A stretch of DNA of 63,025 nucleotides, filler included, from Reclinomonas americana ATCC 50394 (taxonomy: Eukaryota), in assembly GCA_048213135.1 (NCBI GenBank). It is 23 parts of 23 records of this genome, joined end to end, with 100 filler letters (N's around TTAATTAATTAA, not from the genome) between each part and the next. Parts side by side here need not be neighbours in the genome. Positions count along the whole stretch, not along the records: positions 32,264 to 34,279 come from AFZH01023811.1; positions 34,380 to 36,289 come from AFZH01023812.1; positions 36,390 to 38,264 come from AFZH01023814.1; positions 38,365 to 43,618 come from AFZH01023815.1; positions 43,719 to 46,231 come from AFZH01023816.1; 18 more parts are not named here. One strand, given 5' to 3'. The position numbers and the translations under genes were made by a program. Shown here piece by piece: positions 32,481 through 45,517 of this stretch; within the stretch, counting starts at the first letter, position 1, and every line of letters begins with the position of its first letter. The notes below the pieces were generated by a model, which was given only the letters and a program-made list of their open reading frames with translations, searched no databases and was not told the DNA's origin.

Positions 32481-33347
32481 GCAGCAGCAAGCAACGCACG
32501 CACGCACACACACACGCACACACAGAGCGAGAGAGATAGTGAGGAGAGAGCAGTCCTCACGAGAGGAGGAGCGATCAGTTGCCGTTGCGTGCTGTGCGAG
32601 AGGATAGAGACAGCAGCAGCAGCAAGCAACGCACAGTGGTGTGGGCGACGCAGAGAAGAGGAGAATGAGATGTGTCAAAGAGAGCGAGAGCTTGCATGAC
32701 GGACAATCGTTCATGTGCACACACAGAGAGAACACCGCGTGTGCGTGAGAGAGAGGGAGAGAGAAAGATGGCAAAAAGAAAGAGAGAAGGGAAAGAAGGA
32801 TGAGATGTGTCACATGTGGGCATAGCCTGAGAGAACACAGCGTGCAAACAGAGGAGAGGGAAACCAGACACGCTTGCACTCTGTGAGTGTGAGAGATATG
32901 CACTGAGACTTCTTGTTTCTCGAGGGGTTCATCTTGCGTAGAGTGTGTGCACGTTGCTTCTCTCCTCCTCTTCCTGCAAACACCATCCATTCACATTAGC
33001 TTTTCGGACTGTGTGTTCATGACTGGTCGCCATGCCAAAAGGCACTCTGTCAGTTGATGGCGACCACGCAGACGTGTTGCTATCCATGCACCCTTTGTCG
33101 ATGTTTGCGAGTTGTCACATGCATACGTGTTGGTCATGTGCACGCTGCCAATGGCGGCCGGTGCGTCGTGTGAAGAGACATTTCTTTATTTCTTGCAGTC
33201 ACGCCAATGATGGTCGGCTGGGCGTGTTTCTTTTCATTCATGCGCTTGATGGCTAGTTCGTGCGTTCTCTTGCGCGTCCACAAAGTTCATCGCGACCATG
33301 AGACCTTCTCCAGAGATCTCACACTTTCTCGCTCCCCTCCCATGCAG

Positions 33348-34688
33348 GTACCTGCTGGTCCTCTTCAGCATTCTGATTGTGTGCATCGTCGCCTCATATT
33401 TTATGCTTCGATTCGTTGCGTCCCTTTCCCCCATCCCTCCTTGCTCCTTCTTCGAAAACTCACCCTCGCATCTCCTCCGCAGCACATTCATTTGCTGCCC
33501 GAAAGGTATTCTTAAACTCCTTCCCCTCCCCCCCCCCCGGCCACCTTTTCTCCCTCCCTCCAGTCTCACCCCCCTTTTCTTCCAGTGCCGTCACCATGTT
33601 TATCGGCATTGTCATCGGTGGCATTGTGCGCCTCTCCGGAGTGCGTGTCACCGAAGTCGTGCGCATGGACCCGAAGCTCTTCTTCCTGTTCCTGCTGCCC
33701 GGCATCATTTTCGAGGCCGGCTACAATATGAATCGTGGCGACTTTTTCTACAACATTGGCTCGATTTGTGCCTTTGCCGTCCCCGGTACCATCATGTCGT
33801 GCCTGGTGATTGGTTGCGGACTGTACACGGTCGGCGTGTGGGGTGTGTCGGCGCACATTCCGTTTTTTGATGCGTTTCTCTTTGGTGAGTCTGGAGGGGA
33901 AGGGGATTAAGAGGAAGAGAGAGAGAGAAAGCTGTCGGCTCCCATGCCGCGTACGATTACTGTGTGGAAGAAAGAGAAGCAGTGAAATGATTCTCGCTTC
34001 TGTGCTCTTCTTTTTCTCTTCTTCGTTTTTCCTCCTCCTTGTGCTTCTTCTTCCTCTTTTCCTTCCACTCTCCACTTTTCTCTTCCTCTCCTGCTTCCTC
34101 TCCTCTGTCTCCAGTTCCCCCTCCTTTCCTCTGTTCTTCCTGTTTGTCCTGTTGCGCTCTCGTCGCTAATCCGCCGTCACCCATCAGGCTCCGTAATTTC
34201 CGCCATTGACACGGTGGCCATTCTGGCCATTCTAAGCGCCCTCGGCGTCAATGCCACGCTGTTTGCCATTGTGTTTGGTNNNNNNNNNNNNNNNNNNNNN
34301 NNNNNNNNNNNNNNNNNNNNNNNTTAATTAATTAANNNNNNNNNNNNNNNNNNNNNNNNNNNNNNNNNNNNNNNNNNNNGCTGCTGATGGAGAGGGCACT
34401 CATGCGCCCCGGCACTGAACTCCATTCCCGTTCCCACACAGTACCGTCAAGGCATTCAAGGGCCAGGATTTCTCCGGCAGCAGTGTCGGCCTGGCGGTGT
34501 GGGCATTCATTGTGCTCGCCGTCGGCTCCATCTTTGTCGGTCTGGTGTGGGGCATTCTGGTCACGCTGTTCCACAAGCATGTTCGCGTCGACAGCTACCC
34601 GCACATTGAGGTGTGTGTGGAGGGGAAGGGAGTGGGTGTTGGAATAGGAGAACAGAGGACAATGCAGTTGTGAAGGGAAGGGCAGACA

Positions 34689-34724
<36 letters not shown>

Positions 34725-35341
34725 GAGAAAATGAGTGGAGCACGAGAACGACGTTATTGGCTGACGCCTGCTCAACATCTGCTCTTTGTGTTTTCCCGGC
34801 CCTACTGTGTTGGCATCCTCATGTCTCTCTTCCTCCCTCACCCAGGTCGGCCTCAGCCTGGTCTTCGCCTTTGTGCCGTACCTGGTCGCCGAGTCCGTCC
34901 ATCTGTCGGGCATCTTGAGTATCCTCGTCACCGGCGTCATTATGAACTACTACAGCAGCCGCAATCTCAGTCCCGTGGGCGGAGTTGCGTTGCCGAATGA
35001 TCCCGTCACCAATTACCACATCACATCTCACGCTCGCCCACAGAAAACGGTCGAAGTGGTCGTCCGCTGCTTCTCGTTCATTGCCGACACGTGGGTGTTT
35101 GCGTACCTCGGTCTGGCCGTGTTCACCTTTGACCACCAGCTCGACCTGCTGTTTAGCGGCTGGTCGCTGGTGTTCTGCCTGATTGGGCGTGGCGTGCACA
35201 TTTTCCCGTTCTCGGCGCTGCTGAACCGCTTCCGTGCGCGCGATCAAAAGATTGATGCGCGCAATCAGTTTGTCATGTGGTTTGCGGGTCTGCGTGGAGC
35301 CATGGCGTTTGCGCTGGCCATTGATTTGATGGAGCCCAATA
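33348..35341 (+). CDS. Na+/H+ exchanger (NHE8/NHX-like, CPA1), multi-exon, spans a gap
   Basis: HLLPES, FFLFLLPGIIFEAGY, FFYNIGSI, ISAIDTVA, LFAIVFG, PYLVAE..HLSGI, VFAYLG, MWFAGLRGAMAFAL. Confidence 0.92.
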
Positions 35342-36389
35342 GTTGAGTGGCGTGGAAGGGGGAAGGCAAAGGGGAGGGTGGGAGGGGGAAGGGGGTGGGG
35401 AAAGGGGGTGGTCTCTTTCTTTGTTTGTGAATGTGTGCGTGCGTGTAAGTGAGTGAGTGAGTGAGAGAGAGAGAGAGAGAGAGAGATAGAGTGATGTGTG
35501 AAAAAGAGTGCCCATGCGCGTAATGTCGGCAACTGCGCCAAGGCAGAATGACAGCTGGTTGTGTCGCTTTCGACCTCGCACTCCTTTGTCTCCGCATTAC
35601 CTCCTATTTCTTTGTATTCGTACACGTTCACTCAGCAACGTCCTTCGGTCTCCTAGTTGTTGGCTCAGCGTTTTCCATTTCCTTTGTTTCCACTCCCCTC
35701 TCGCTTCCATCGCTCGTTTCCTCTCCTCGCAACCCGTTGCTTCTGCTTCCCTCTCTTTGCGTTGGTTTCATCCTTCTCTGTTTCCCTCGTCTCCTGTTTG
35801 CTGTCGTCGTCACATCCACACTTTCGCGCGGTTCGTCTCCCTATTCGCTCCTTCTCTCTTCTCCGAGTCTCTCTCCGCCATGCTCTGCCAATTTCGGTTG
35901 CTTTCTTATTTACGTCCATCGTCTTCCGATTCTCGCTCCTTCCTTCCTCTTTCCGAAGTGGGTGCGCTTTGTCTGTTCGTTTTCCATCTGAATTTGGTTT
36001 ATTCTTGAATGCTCTCTTCTCCCTTGCTTCCTTGTTTTTTCATGTTCTGCTCAATTCATCTTCTTCCTTTTTTCCTCTCGCCACCCTCTTCCTCTTTTCG
36101 TCCTCTCCCTGCTGCCGTCTGCTCTTGTTGCAGCTGACTGTGCTTCTTCCCTCTTCCTCCTTCTCCGTTTTCTCCTTCTCCTTCTCCGTCTCCTCCTCCT
36201 CCTCCTCCTCCTCGTCTCGTCTCGTCTCTCTCGTACTACTCGTCTCTCTCTCTCACTACACTCGCTCACGTCGTACGTACGTCGTACGTNNNNNNNNNNN
36301 NNNNNNNNNNNNNNNNNNNNNNNNNNNNNNNNNTTAATTAATTAANNNNNNNNNNNNNNNNNNNNNNNNNNNNNNNNNNNNNNNNNNNN

Positions 36390-36434
<45 letters not shown>

Positions 36435-36556
36435 GTCCCTCACTCTTTCTCATTCACTCACTCTCGCTCATTCTCTCTCTCCTCCTATTCTCTCTTTCAC
36501 TCTCTCTCTCTCTCGCTTTCTCTCTCCCTTTCTCCTCTCACCTCCATTTTCCGCAG

Positions 36557-36970
36557 GACGTGGAGCTGGATATCATGCCCGCGCCAAAGCAATCGTCGCA
36601 CCTCCCCACCTCCCACTCGGGCGAATTCCTGCCGTCGTCGCGCTCCACGGACTTCCTCTCGGTCGGCAGCGCAGCCGCTCCCGGCATGCTCGGTCTCGGA
36701 TTTGGCAGGCGGTCGATGGAGCGCTCGCCGCGCACCTCACTGGATCTGCCGGGCGGCGGTGGCGGTTTGCCACACTCGCACTCGATTGACCGAGCGCTTT
36801 CTCGTGGCGGTGTGGACACGCTGCGAGTGTTGCAGCAGAATCCGAGAAAGGTCAAGGCGCTGCGCGAGGCCCTCAGCATGTACGACGATTTGAACAGTCG
36901 GTTCGACGAGACCCGCGGCGACGACTCGGACGAGGAGAAGCAGTCGGTGCCGGTCGGGCACAATTTGTGA
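36557..36970 (+). CDS. Terminal exon, possibly the cytosolic tail of the NHE
   Basis: Pyrimidine tract + CAG acceptor, coding-like GC3, stop at 36968-36970; link to the NHE is inferred. Confidence 0.5.
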   Translation, partial: DVELDIMPAPKQSSHLPTSHSGEFLPSSRSTDFLSVGSAAAPGMLGLGFGRRSMERSPRTSLDLPGGGGGLPHSHSIDRALSRGGVDTLRVLQQNPRKVKALREALSMYDDLNSRFDETRGDDSDEEKQSVPVGHNL

Positions 36971-37085
36971 GGAGCGAGATAGGGAGAGGCAGGTGGGGTT
37001 GAATGTAGAGGAAGGAAAAATATGTTTGACAGTTGCGATGGTGAGGGAGATGCTGAGAAGTGTGTGGGGCGTGATAGGAATGAGA

Positions 37086-37330
37086 ACAACAACTTTACTA
37101 ATCCAAACAGCAACAGCTGCATGATGATCACCATCTTGAGTGAGCAACTGAAACTCAGACACCACGGGAAAAAAGCAAGAAAAAGTCGAGATGGTGAATG
37201 CTGGCGCTTTGATTGTATGAATCCGGTGGTGCTGTTCAACACCAACAACATTCACCAACAAACAAGCAACAATTCTCATTCACCAACAAACAAGCAACAG
37301 CTGCCTTGATGACCAAGTTCAACCGTATCC
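37086..37330 (+). repeat. Dispersed repeat family, copy 2
   Basis: cagctgcatgatgatcaccatcttgagtgagca...actcagacaccacggga...aaaagtcgagatgg matches the reverse complement of 51220-51330. Confidence 0.8.
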
Positions 37331-38039
37331 AAAACATCAACACAGACGCCAATCTTGAGGCAGCAGCAGGTTCCTTGTGTTTGTGTGTTCGCTCTCGGAG
37401 CTCCGAACAAGTCGAGAACTGCGATCTTCACCGCATGCGCATGGTTGAACAGTGGATTTGACGCACTTGCGTAGACACATCGCGTTCTCTGCGATCGGGG
37501 ACCGGCCGAGCTAGGCAAACAAGGCAAAGCCGCGACCGGGTCCTTGAAGCAATCATGTCTTTCTTTCATGGATCGGAAGAAGAGAAGATCATCGCAAAGC
37601 TACCGCGCAACCACCTTCCAACCTTCCACTCGCGCTCCCACGCATCGCTGTATCCACAAAATGTACATTACATGTATGTCCGCTGCAATCGACCAATTCG
37701 GCAATCACCGAAACACAAAAGATGGCCGACGAGCGGTGAGAGGCTCACTCACGAAGAGAGCAACCCCTCATTCTCTCGCTTTCTCACCCACACACGCACA
37801 CACGCACTGAGAAAACGTGTGCAAGTGTGCGCGGACGCGAAATGTCGACACTCCTCTCTCAAACACACACACACACACGCACACACGCACACACACACAC
37901 GCACACACACACACGCACACACACACGCACACACACACGCACGTGCATACACACAGAGCGCGCAGTGTTTGTCTTGCGCACGCATCAATCTTCCTCTATC
38001 TCTCTCTCACTCTTCTCTCTTTCTCTCTCTTTCTCACAG

Positions 38040-38138
38040 AGTTGTTGCTGCACGTGATGCGTATCGATCGGAGGATCCGGAGAGCTCTCGGAGAGTGCAC
38101 TCGTCGCTGTTGCCGGGGGCGAGTGAGAAGCACTCAAA
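38040..38138 (+). CDS. N-terminal exon of a VIT1/CCC1 vacuolar iron transporter
   Basis: AARDAYRSEDPESSRRVH...EKH resembles the protist VIT N-terminus; single exon only. Confidence 0.55.
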
Positions 38139-38187
38139 GTTGCGCAATCAAGCGAGAGAGAGAGAGAGAGAGAGAAGAGAGAGAGAG

Positions 38188-38222
<35 letters not shown>

Positions 38223-38364
38223 TGTGAGAGAGTGTGAGTGAGTGTGAGTGAGTGAGAGTGAGTGNNNNNNNNNNNNNNNNNNNNNNNNNNNNNNNNNNNN
38301 NNNNNNNNTTAATTAATTAANNNNNNNNNNNNNNNNNNNNNNNNNNNNNNNNNNNNNNNNNNNN

Positions 38365-38428
<64 letters not shown>

Positions 38429-38688
38429 CTCTCTTTCTCACTCTGTGTTTTCAAGAGGCCAAAACAGCAGCATATCTAAGCTTGAAAGAAAGAGAGACAT
38501 GTGCAGATAAGGTGTCCTCTCTTCCCCTCTTTCCCCCTTCTCTCCCCCCCCCATTCTACTTCTCCACTCCGTCCCCCGTGCCTCCCTTTCCCTCCCCCTC
38601 TTTCTTCCCCGTCATCTCCGCTGCTCACTGTAGACCCCACATTTGTCCTCTTCTCGCACTCTCAAGTTTTCTTTGTTGTCGCCCGCAG

Positions 38689-41600
38689 AGCACATGCTGC
38701 CCGGCGTCCCTCGCAGTATTCGAAGCGTGTTACACTCGTACCACCTCGCTGTGGGTGAGTGGGGCATGTGTCTTGAAAAGAAAAAAGAACCCCGTGTGTC
38801 TCATCACCACCACCACAGGCCGTCGTGGACTGTTCAGCAGCAGCCCCAAGGGACCGCATCACGCACAACTGAGTACGGCGAAGGCTGAGGTCAGTTAAAT
38901 TTTCATCACCCTGCTCCTTTTTCATATTTTGCAAGTTGTTATGCTCACTTTTTGCCGCACACATGCACGCGCGCAGCCCGTCGCTCATGATGCGAGTGCT
39001 GCTGGCCGCCACAAGCCTTCAGTGTCACCAGCCTTCATGGCCCTGCCCGAATTTGAAGCCGCTCGCGCCAAACTCCCACCGACGCCAGCTGCAGTGCCGG
39101 AGAGGTACAGAGAGTGCGACAAAAGTAACGGTCCCACCCGTTCTCATTTCATGATTGTGTGTCATTAGTGTTCGCGATGCTGGTCTTCCGCCGCTGTCCT
39201 TTTGCGTTAGCAAGGATGCCAGCTTCCGTCACTGGAAGGTACCGGGGGCGGAGTACGCACTGCTTGTTGTCGGCGCGCTGCCGTCCATGTTTAGTAAGCA
39301 CGAGATCGCGGCTGCCGTTCGTGAGCGGCGTGCGGAGGTCGTGTTTGTGATCGACAGATCGAGCTCCATGGACTGCTTGGACATCGGCGGGCGTTCCTCG
39401 CGACTCGAGTGCGCCATGGACGCGGCGAGTGTCGCGCTGGACACCCTTGTCGGTGCCCGCGAGGACAAGCGCTACTCCAAGGGCCACGTCATGTACTTTA
39501 ACCACGCGATTGGCGATTTGATTGAGTGCGGCGGCGGCACCGGCATTGCCATGCCGCGAGAGCAGCCGAGCGGTACCACGTCGCTCTTCGAAGCGCTGGA
39601 GCATCTGGGCACCACTATTGTCCCTCGCCTTGCCAATTCTGGCGCCTCGGAAGTCGACGTTGTTTTCCTCACCGACGGACAGCAAGTGCCTGGCATGAGC
39701 ACGTCCAAATCCAGCAGGTTCCTGGAGGCGATGCGTGACGGGCTGCAACGTTCCGAAGTCAAGGTCAAGTTTGTCACGGCCGGCATCGGTGCCGACCACG
39801 ACTACGAGACCCTCTTCGGTATTATCGAAATGGCCGGTACCGGTTTTTACACTGTCTTGGACAGCAGCACCTCCAGCAGCTTTGGCGAGTACCTGTCGTC
39901 GACTCTGGGGTTGCCGACGCGTGCCATGCGCCGCACCCTTGCCAGCGGTCACGAAATCATCTTCCCCGACGGCCTGGATGGCTACGGGTACGGTTTGGTG
40001 CCGACAACGCATCCGAGCATTGTCGACGGACGCCTCGACCTCGGTGGCGATGCCGGAGTTCTTCGCGGCACCCCCTTGCCAATGGAGGAGGACATTGAAG
40101 TGTGCAAGGGTGTGCTGTGTGACGTGATTGCCCGTGCTCTCTGCGACGCCATCGGGCGCGGCGTGCGGACCATGCGACAGGTGCACGATGTGGCCGCTCT
40201 GGTCCGGCTGGCGCGCAACCACGGGCTCAGCGTCTCCGACGAGCTTGCCGCTGCACTCGTGCACTCTCGCACATTGGGTGGCGCGGGTGCGAGCATTGAG
40301 CTGCTGCGCGATATCTCCGACGTGATGATGGGCCGGATCAAGCAGGCGACTGCGTCGCTGGACCGGATGATGATGCACCGCATCGTCCGCAACACCGCCA
40401 TGATGCAGATGTTTGCCGATATGAAACGCACAGCCATTGCCGAGTTGCACGCCATGCGTGATGACGTGCGGCGACCGGAGCTGTCGCGCTTCCTGGACAC
40501 GGACGGCGATTTGCCGTATGTCGCGGTGCAGGTGCTCCGAGTCGGTCGGGTGGTGGGAGCCAGCCCGCACGACTACAATATCTCTCTGCCTGGCGAGTGC
40601 GGCTGGCGATACAACGAGGCCAAGGAGGCGTTTGACGCGCAGCCACGAAACGACGACGGCGACGATACCAACGGCGCTGTCGGCAACATTGTGGCGCTTC
40701 CGTTGTGCCCGAGCAGCGAACTCGTGCGATTCTGGTACCTGACCGCGTTCTCGCCGACGTCGTTGATGACGACTGGTAACGCGGCCGCCGGCTCCAACGA
40801 GCACATGCTGTCGGTCTGCACGCGCGCCTACATGCTGGCACGCACGCGTGCTGACCCAAAGTTGCTTGCGCTGCTGCGCAACACGGTGTTGGCGGCGCTC
40901 TGTCAGCCGCTGGTGGAGGGTGGCGAGCGAACTCTGGCCATGGAGATCACGGACGCGGCGAGCAGGTTCAAGCGTGACGCGGCGCACCGTGGGCGCGAGG
41001 TGGTGCACTCGGTGTCGGCTCTGATGACGCAACTGCACACTCTCACCGGCGCGGACGCGGCCCACTGGCCTCTCGGCATTGCCGGTGTGTCGGTGGAGTC
41101 GGGCGGCGAGCTTGCTCGTGCACTCATCGAAGAGGACATGGTGCGTGCGCTCACCTACCTGCGCGCGGACCAGACGACGAGGCTCGCCATTGGCACCCAC
41201 ACCGACGTCCTGTTCAAGGACATCCAACCGTTCTCGGTCACGAGTGCCACCGAGCATGTGCTCGTTACTGGAGATCATGTCGACGTGGTGGTCGTGGACG
41301 GACTGGTGATCAAGGGCGTGCGCTCTCTGCTAAAGTCCACCTTTGAGCAAGAGAAGAGTCGCTTCACGGTCCGCGGCGGGAAACCGCACATTGAGCCGCG
41401 CAAGGGACAGGCCTACATTCACGCACTGAAGAAGCTGGCAGACGGCATTGCCATGGGCGCCGACATGATTACGGTGGTGCCCAACAAAGCCGTGGTGGAT
41501 TGGACGACCGGGTGGATCGCGGCGCGGATGGCTGAGCGTCACTACGCCCTCCGTGGCGATTACCACGTGGCGCCCGACACGGCATTTGGCATCCTCCTGA

Positions 41601-42139
41601 CGGCGCTGCCCGCTGGCACTTCGACGGCTTTGGCCCATGCGGGTTCCTACGCCCAGGTGGCTGCGCTGGAACTGGAGGCCGTCAAGGAGCAAGAGAAGAA
41701 GCGCTATGCGGCGGCTGCCGCTGCACACAAGATCAAGGCCACTTTCGACGCACTGGCGCTAATCATTGTGACGGAGCTGAGTCCCGCTGAGCAGGAGCTG
41801 GCCGTGATGTGTTTCGGCTCGGTCGGAGCTGGCGTGTCGTCGCGCATGCGCCGAACCGTTCGAGCGTTTGTCGAGGGAACGCTGCACGACCCGTCTCCGG
41901 CCACGAGCAGTGTCGCCGATCTAAGTGCGCGTGACGAGCAAATGATGCACATGCGTCGCGTGCTGGCCTCGTACGGCAACAGCTGCGACACCCGCCGCAC
42001 CGACATTCTCGAGGTGTGCGAGCCGGCCTCCCGCTGGATTGCGCGCGGCCTGAAGAGTGTCTTCTATCGCAATACTGCTGACGACAGCAACAGCAACAAC
42101 AACAGCGGCGGCAGCGGTGGCACGATTGTGCAGCTGTGA
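38689..42139 (+). CDS. Large vWA-domain protein: short 5' exons plus a terminal exon of about 2.97 kb (39168-42139)
   Basis: MIDAS motif VFVIDRSSSM, GTTSL, VVFLTDG, TAGIGADHD; upstream GT-AG exons inferred. Confidence 0.8.
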
Positions 42140-42434
42140 GCGGTAGAGAGAGAAAGTGTGTGAGAGAGAGTACCTCGCCACGTCTCGCTTGAGGGGGAGA
42201 ATACTATACTACAAAGTGAAGACGATGCTGGTCTCGACGCACAATTAGGAGAAGATGGCAGAGGGGGAGAGAGAATTTGTCGGACGGCACGTCTCGCTTG
42301 AGGCAATAGTACAAAGTGTAGATGTTGTTGTTCTCGACGCACATGATGATGTATTAGAGAGAGGGTTTGTCGTACGGCACGTCTCGCTTGAGGGGACACA
42401 AATGATGTAATGAGAAGAGCAAACCGCAAGTGGG

Positions 42435-43618
42435 TTATATTAGCGCAACAACAGTGGCCGTCACGAGGAGAAGGAGCAGCCACCATGTGCTGTGCGCCGA
42501 CGGTGAGGCGGCGTTGGGGATTGGGAGATTGAGATTGTTGCAGGTTGGGTAGGGGGCGTAGTCGGAGGTGACTTCCAGGGGTGGGCAGTCGAAGCCTGCG
42601 AGGAGGGGGAAGGATATGGAGAAGGGAGGGTTGAGGGGAAGGAGAAGGGTATGTAGGGGAAGGGAGGGGAGGGGGAAGAGGGACAGGAAGTAAGACAACA
42701 TGAGAAAAATTGAGGAACAGAAACAGAAGGATAGGAACGAGAGATAACGAAATGGATGGAGAATACGAATGAAAGAATGAGGGAGTGTTAGAGATAGAGA
42801 GGAAGGAAACAAGCAAGAGCGGCGATGGCAGACAGGAAGTAAGAAAGCATGAGAAAAAAGGGAGGAACAGAGAGGAACGAGAGATAACGAAATGGATGGA
42901 TGAATACGAATGAAAGAAAGAAGGAGAGGGAGTGTGTGTGAGAGAGGAAGGAATTTCGAAAAGCAGCGATGGCGAGAGACAGGAAGCAAACAGCATGAGA
43001 AAAAAGGGAGAAGGAAGGAAGGAAGGAAGGAAGGAAGGAAAGAAGGAAGGAAGGACGAAGAACGAAAGAGAGAGAGAGAAAAAAACAAGCAACAGCGGCA
43101 ATGGAGGAAAGACTGAACCAGTGGCAAACAGGAAGCAAGAAAGCATGCGACCAAGGGAGAGGAAACACAAGAGAAACAAGAAAGAAAGAAACAACGATTG
43201 AAGGAAAAAAGAGGAGAGTGAGCGAGAGATCAGGAGAGACAAAGAGAGACAGAAGAGAAGAAGAGAAAGAAAGGGAGAAAGAGAACGAAACAAAAAGCAG
43301 CGAAAGAGAGGAAGGCAAAGTGCAAACGATGGAGAGCAGGGCACTGTGGCCGTCTTGTGCAAACTCACCCAGATCGGTGGGACACTTTCGTACCACCTCG
43401 TAGCACAGATTCTGACACGGCAGCACCTGTCCGTTGGACGGTATCACCGGCTGCTGACAGAGCGGGAAGTTGATGGCGCACGCCCAGTTCTTGTAGGCTT
43501 TCAGGCACGAGTTGCACTCGTAGAACGGGTAGAAATCGCGGCAGTCGTATCTGTGTATTGGAGCGGTGAGTGGCTTGGATGGACACCAACGAACCACAGG
43601 CTGTACAGCTATCGGGCG
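42435..43618 (-). CDS. Mid1/FAM155(NALF)-like Cys-rich Ca/Na channel auxiliary subunit, C-terminal exons
   Basis: CNSCLKAYKNWACAINFPLC...VLPCQNLCYEVVRKCPTDLGFDCP...TCN, then a hydrophobic GPI-like tail. Confidence 0.8.
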
Positions 43619-43724
43619 NNNNNNNNNNNNNNNNNNNNNNNNNNNNNNNNNNNNNNNNNNNNTTAATTAATTAANNNNNNNNNNNNNNNNNNNNNNNNNN
43701 NNNNNNNNNNNNNNNNNNAGAGAG

Positions 43725-43769
<45 letters not shown>

Positions 43770-43884
43770 AGAGAGAGGGAGGCAGAGAGAGAGAGAGAAA
43801 GGAGAGTGTCACAGATAGAAGGAGAGAAGAGACAAGAGACATGAGAGTGTCACAGACAAGAGATAAGAGAGCGACATCATCACC

Positions 43885-43916
<32 letters not shown>

Positions 43917-43929
43917 GACACACAGATAC

Positions 43930-44070
43930 ACAGTCTGCCCGTCTCTCTATTCTCTGTGATCACTCTCTCTCTCTCTCCTCACAGTCTGCCCGTCTCTCTA
44001 TTCTCTGTGATCACTCTCTCTCTCTCTCTCTCCTCACAGTCTGCCCGTCTCTCTATTCTCTCTGATCACT
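43930..44070. repeat. Three tandem copies of about 50-56 bp
   Basis: acagtctgcccgtctctctattctct occurs three times. Confidence 0.85.
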
Positions 44071-44147
44071 CACTCACTCCCACTCAGACTGCCCTCTTTT
44101 CTCTCTGTGACTGAGATACTGGTGTTCCCGCGCAAACCGCAGACAAC

Positions 44148-45517
44148 TCAATCTGGCCCTCTTACCCACCTCTCACACTGGTGAATGTGCATGCGACAAG
44201 CAACAGCAGCAGCAACAGCAGCGTATGGGAAGAGGCTTCGTGCGCTCTCCGCGGCCTTGACATGACTGACGAAACGGTTGAGGGACACAGAGGACAGCAG
44301 CTTATCAATTTGTTCACGTCGCACAATGCATGCCCACCAGTGCAATCAGCACGCCCATCCGCTCCTCCAACTCCTCCTTCTCCGCTGCGTGACGAGCGGG
44401 CACCGATTTCCGCATGGATGCAAGTGCCGCCTGCAGCGACTGACGCACCTCGTGTGCCGGCACCGTCAGAGGTGGCTGACTGCCGTCGCACTCGGCGTCC
44501 AGACGCGACACAAAGTCCGACGCCACCAGCGCCTCCCACATGAGCAGTAGTCGTTGCCACTCGGCCACATGCTGCGGTTGCAGAGGTCGGAACATGGCGT
44601 ACGGCGGCTGCTCGTCGCTGCTGCTGCCTCCGGCTGGTGCGGGTGCGCCGAATCGCTCGCCAATGACATACAGGCACGAGTCGGGGAGCTGTGGCAGCGA
44701 GTGTGAGCGACTATATGCGTAACGCGAGAGAGCTTTCTACTCACCAGTGCCTGCAGAGCCGGATGCGCCGCGTGCAGTTGCAGCACACGCTCGGTCACAC
44801 TCGGATCACCGCCATGGTCGCGCATGCAAAACGACATTTGATCGGCCAAGTCATGCACCGCCGCATCGCCGGGTCCCGCGTCGAACGCAGGCGGCCACGT
44901 GAGGCACCCGTACTGACCCGACACCAGCGTCGCCATCAGCGACTTGATGAGCTGCATGTGCATCTCGTCGGGCACGCCATGAATGAGAATGTCGGTGATG
45001 GTCGGCAGGAACTCTTCCATGGGGTTGCCGTAGATGGCGGCGGTGAGATCTGCGGGGCGATGGCAGTGAGTGAAAGAGCGAGAAGGAGAGAGATTCGACA
45101 GAAGGCATCACTGACCTCTCATCGTGTTCGCATCACCAGCCAGCGCCACCGTCTGATACACCAACTCGGCCACGACGCCCAACAAATGCTCCACCGCCGG
45201 TGACTTGGGATCCGCGCGCACCTGCTTGAGCGCATACTCTAGTGTGACACGCACACGTGCGGGGCGACGAAAGGCGGCCGCCGCCACCGACGGCATCACC
45301 GTGCAAAAGTGACGCGACAGTTCGCCGGCCACGCGACCGGTCGGTGCACCGGCGAGCAAGCGGAAGAGTTTCATGAGGACATCTCTGTGGCATGGTGAGG
45401 AGGGCACAAAAAAAGGGAGTGCGAGGGAGTGGAGAGTGAGTGAGGGAGGCGCAACTCGGGGCAGTAGTAGCCGGCGAGCTGATGTCGATAGAGAGCGTCG
45501 AAGAGTACTTTGAGGCC
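44148..45517 (-). CDS. Unknown multi-exon helical protist protein (boundaries uncertain)
   Basis: Coding-like exons joined by GT-AG introns, for example 45455 to 45384; no family recognised. Confidence 0.5.
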
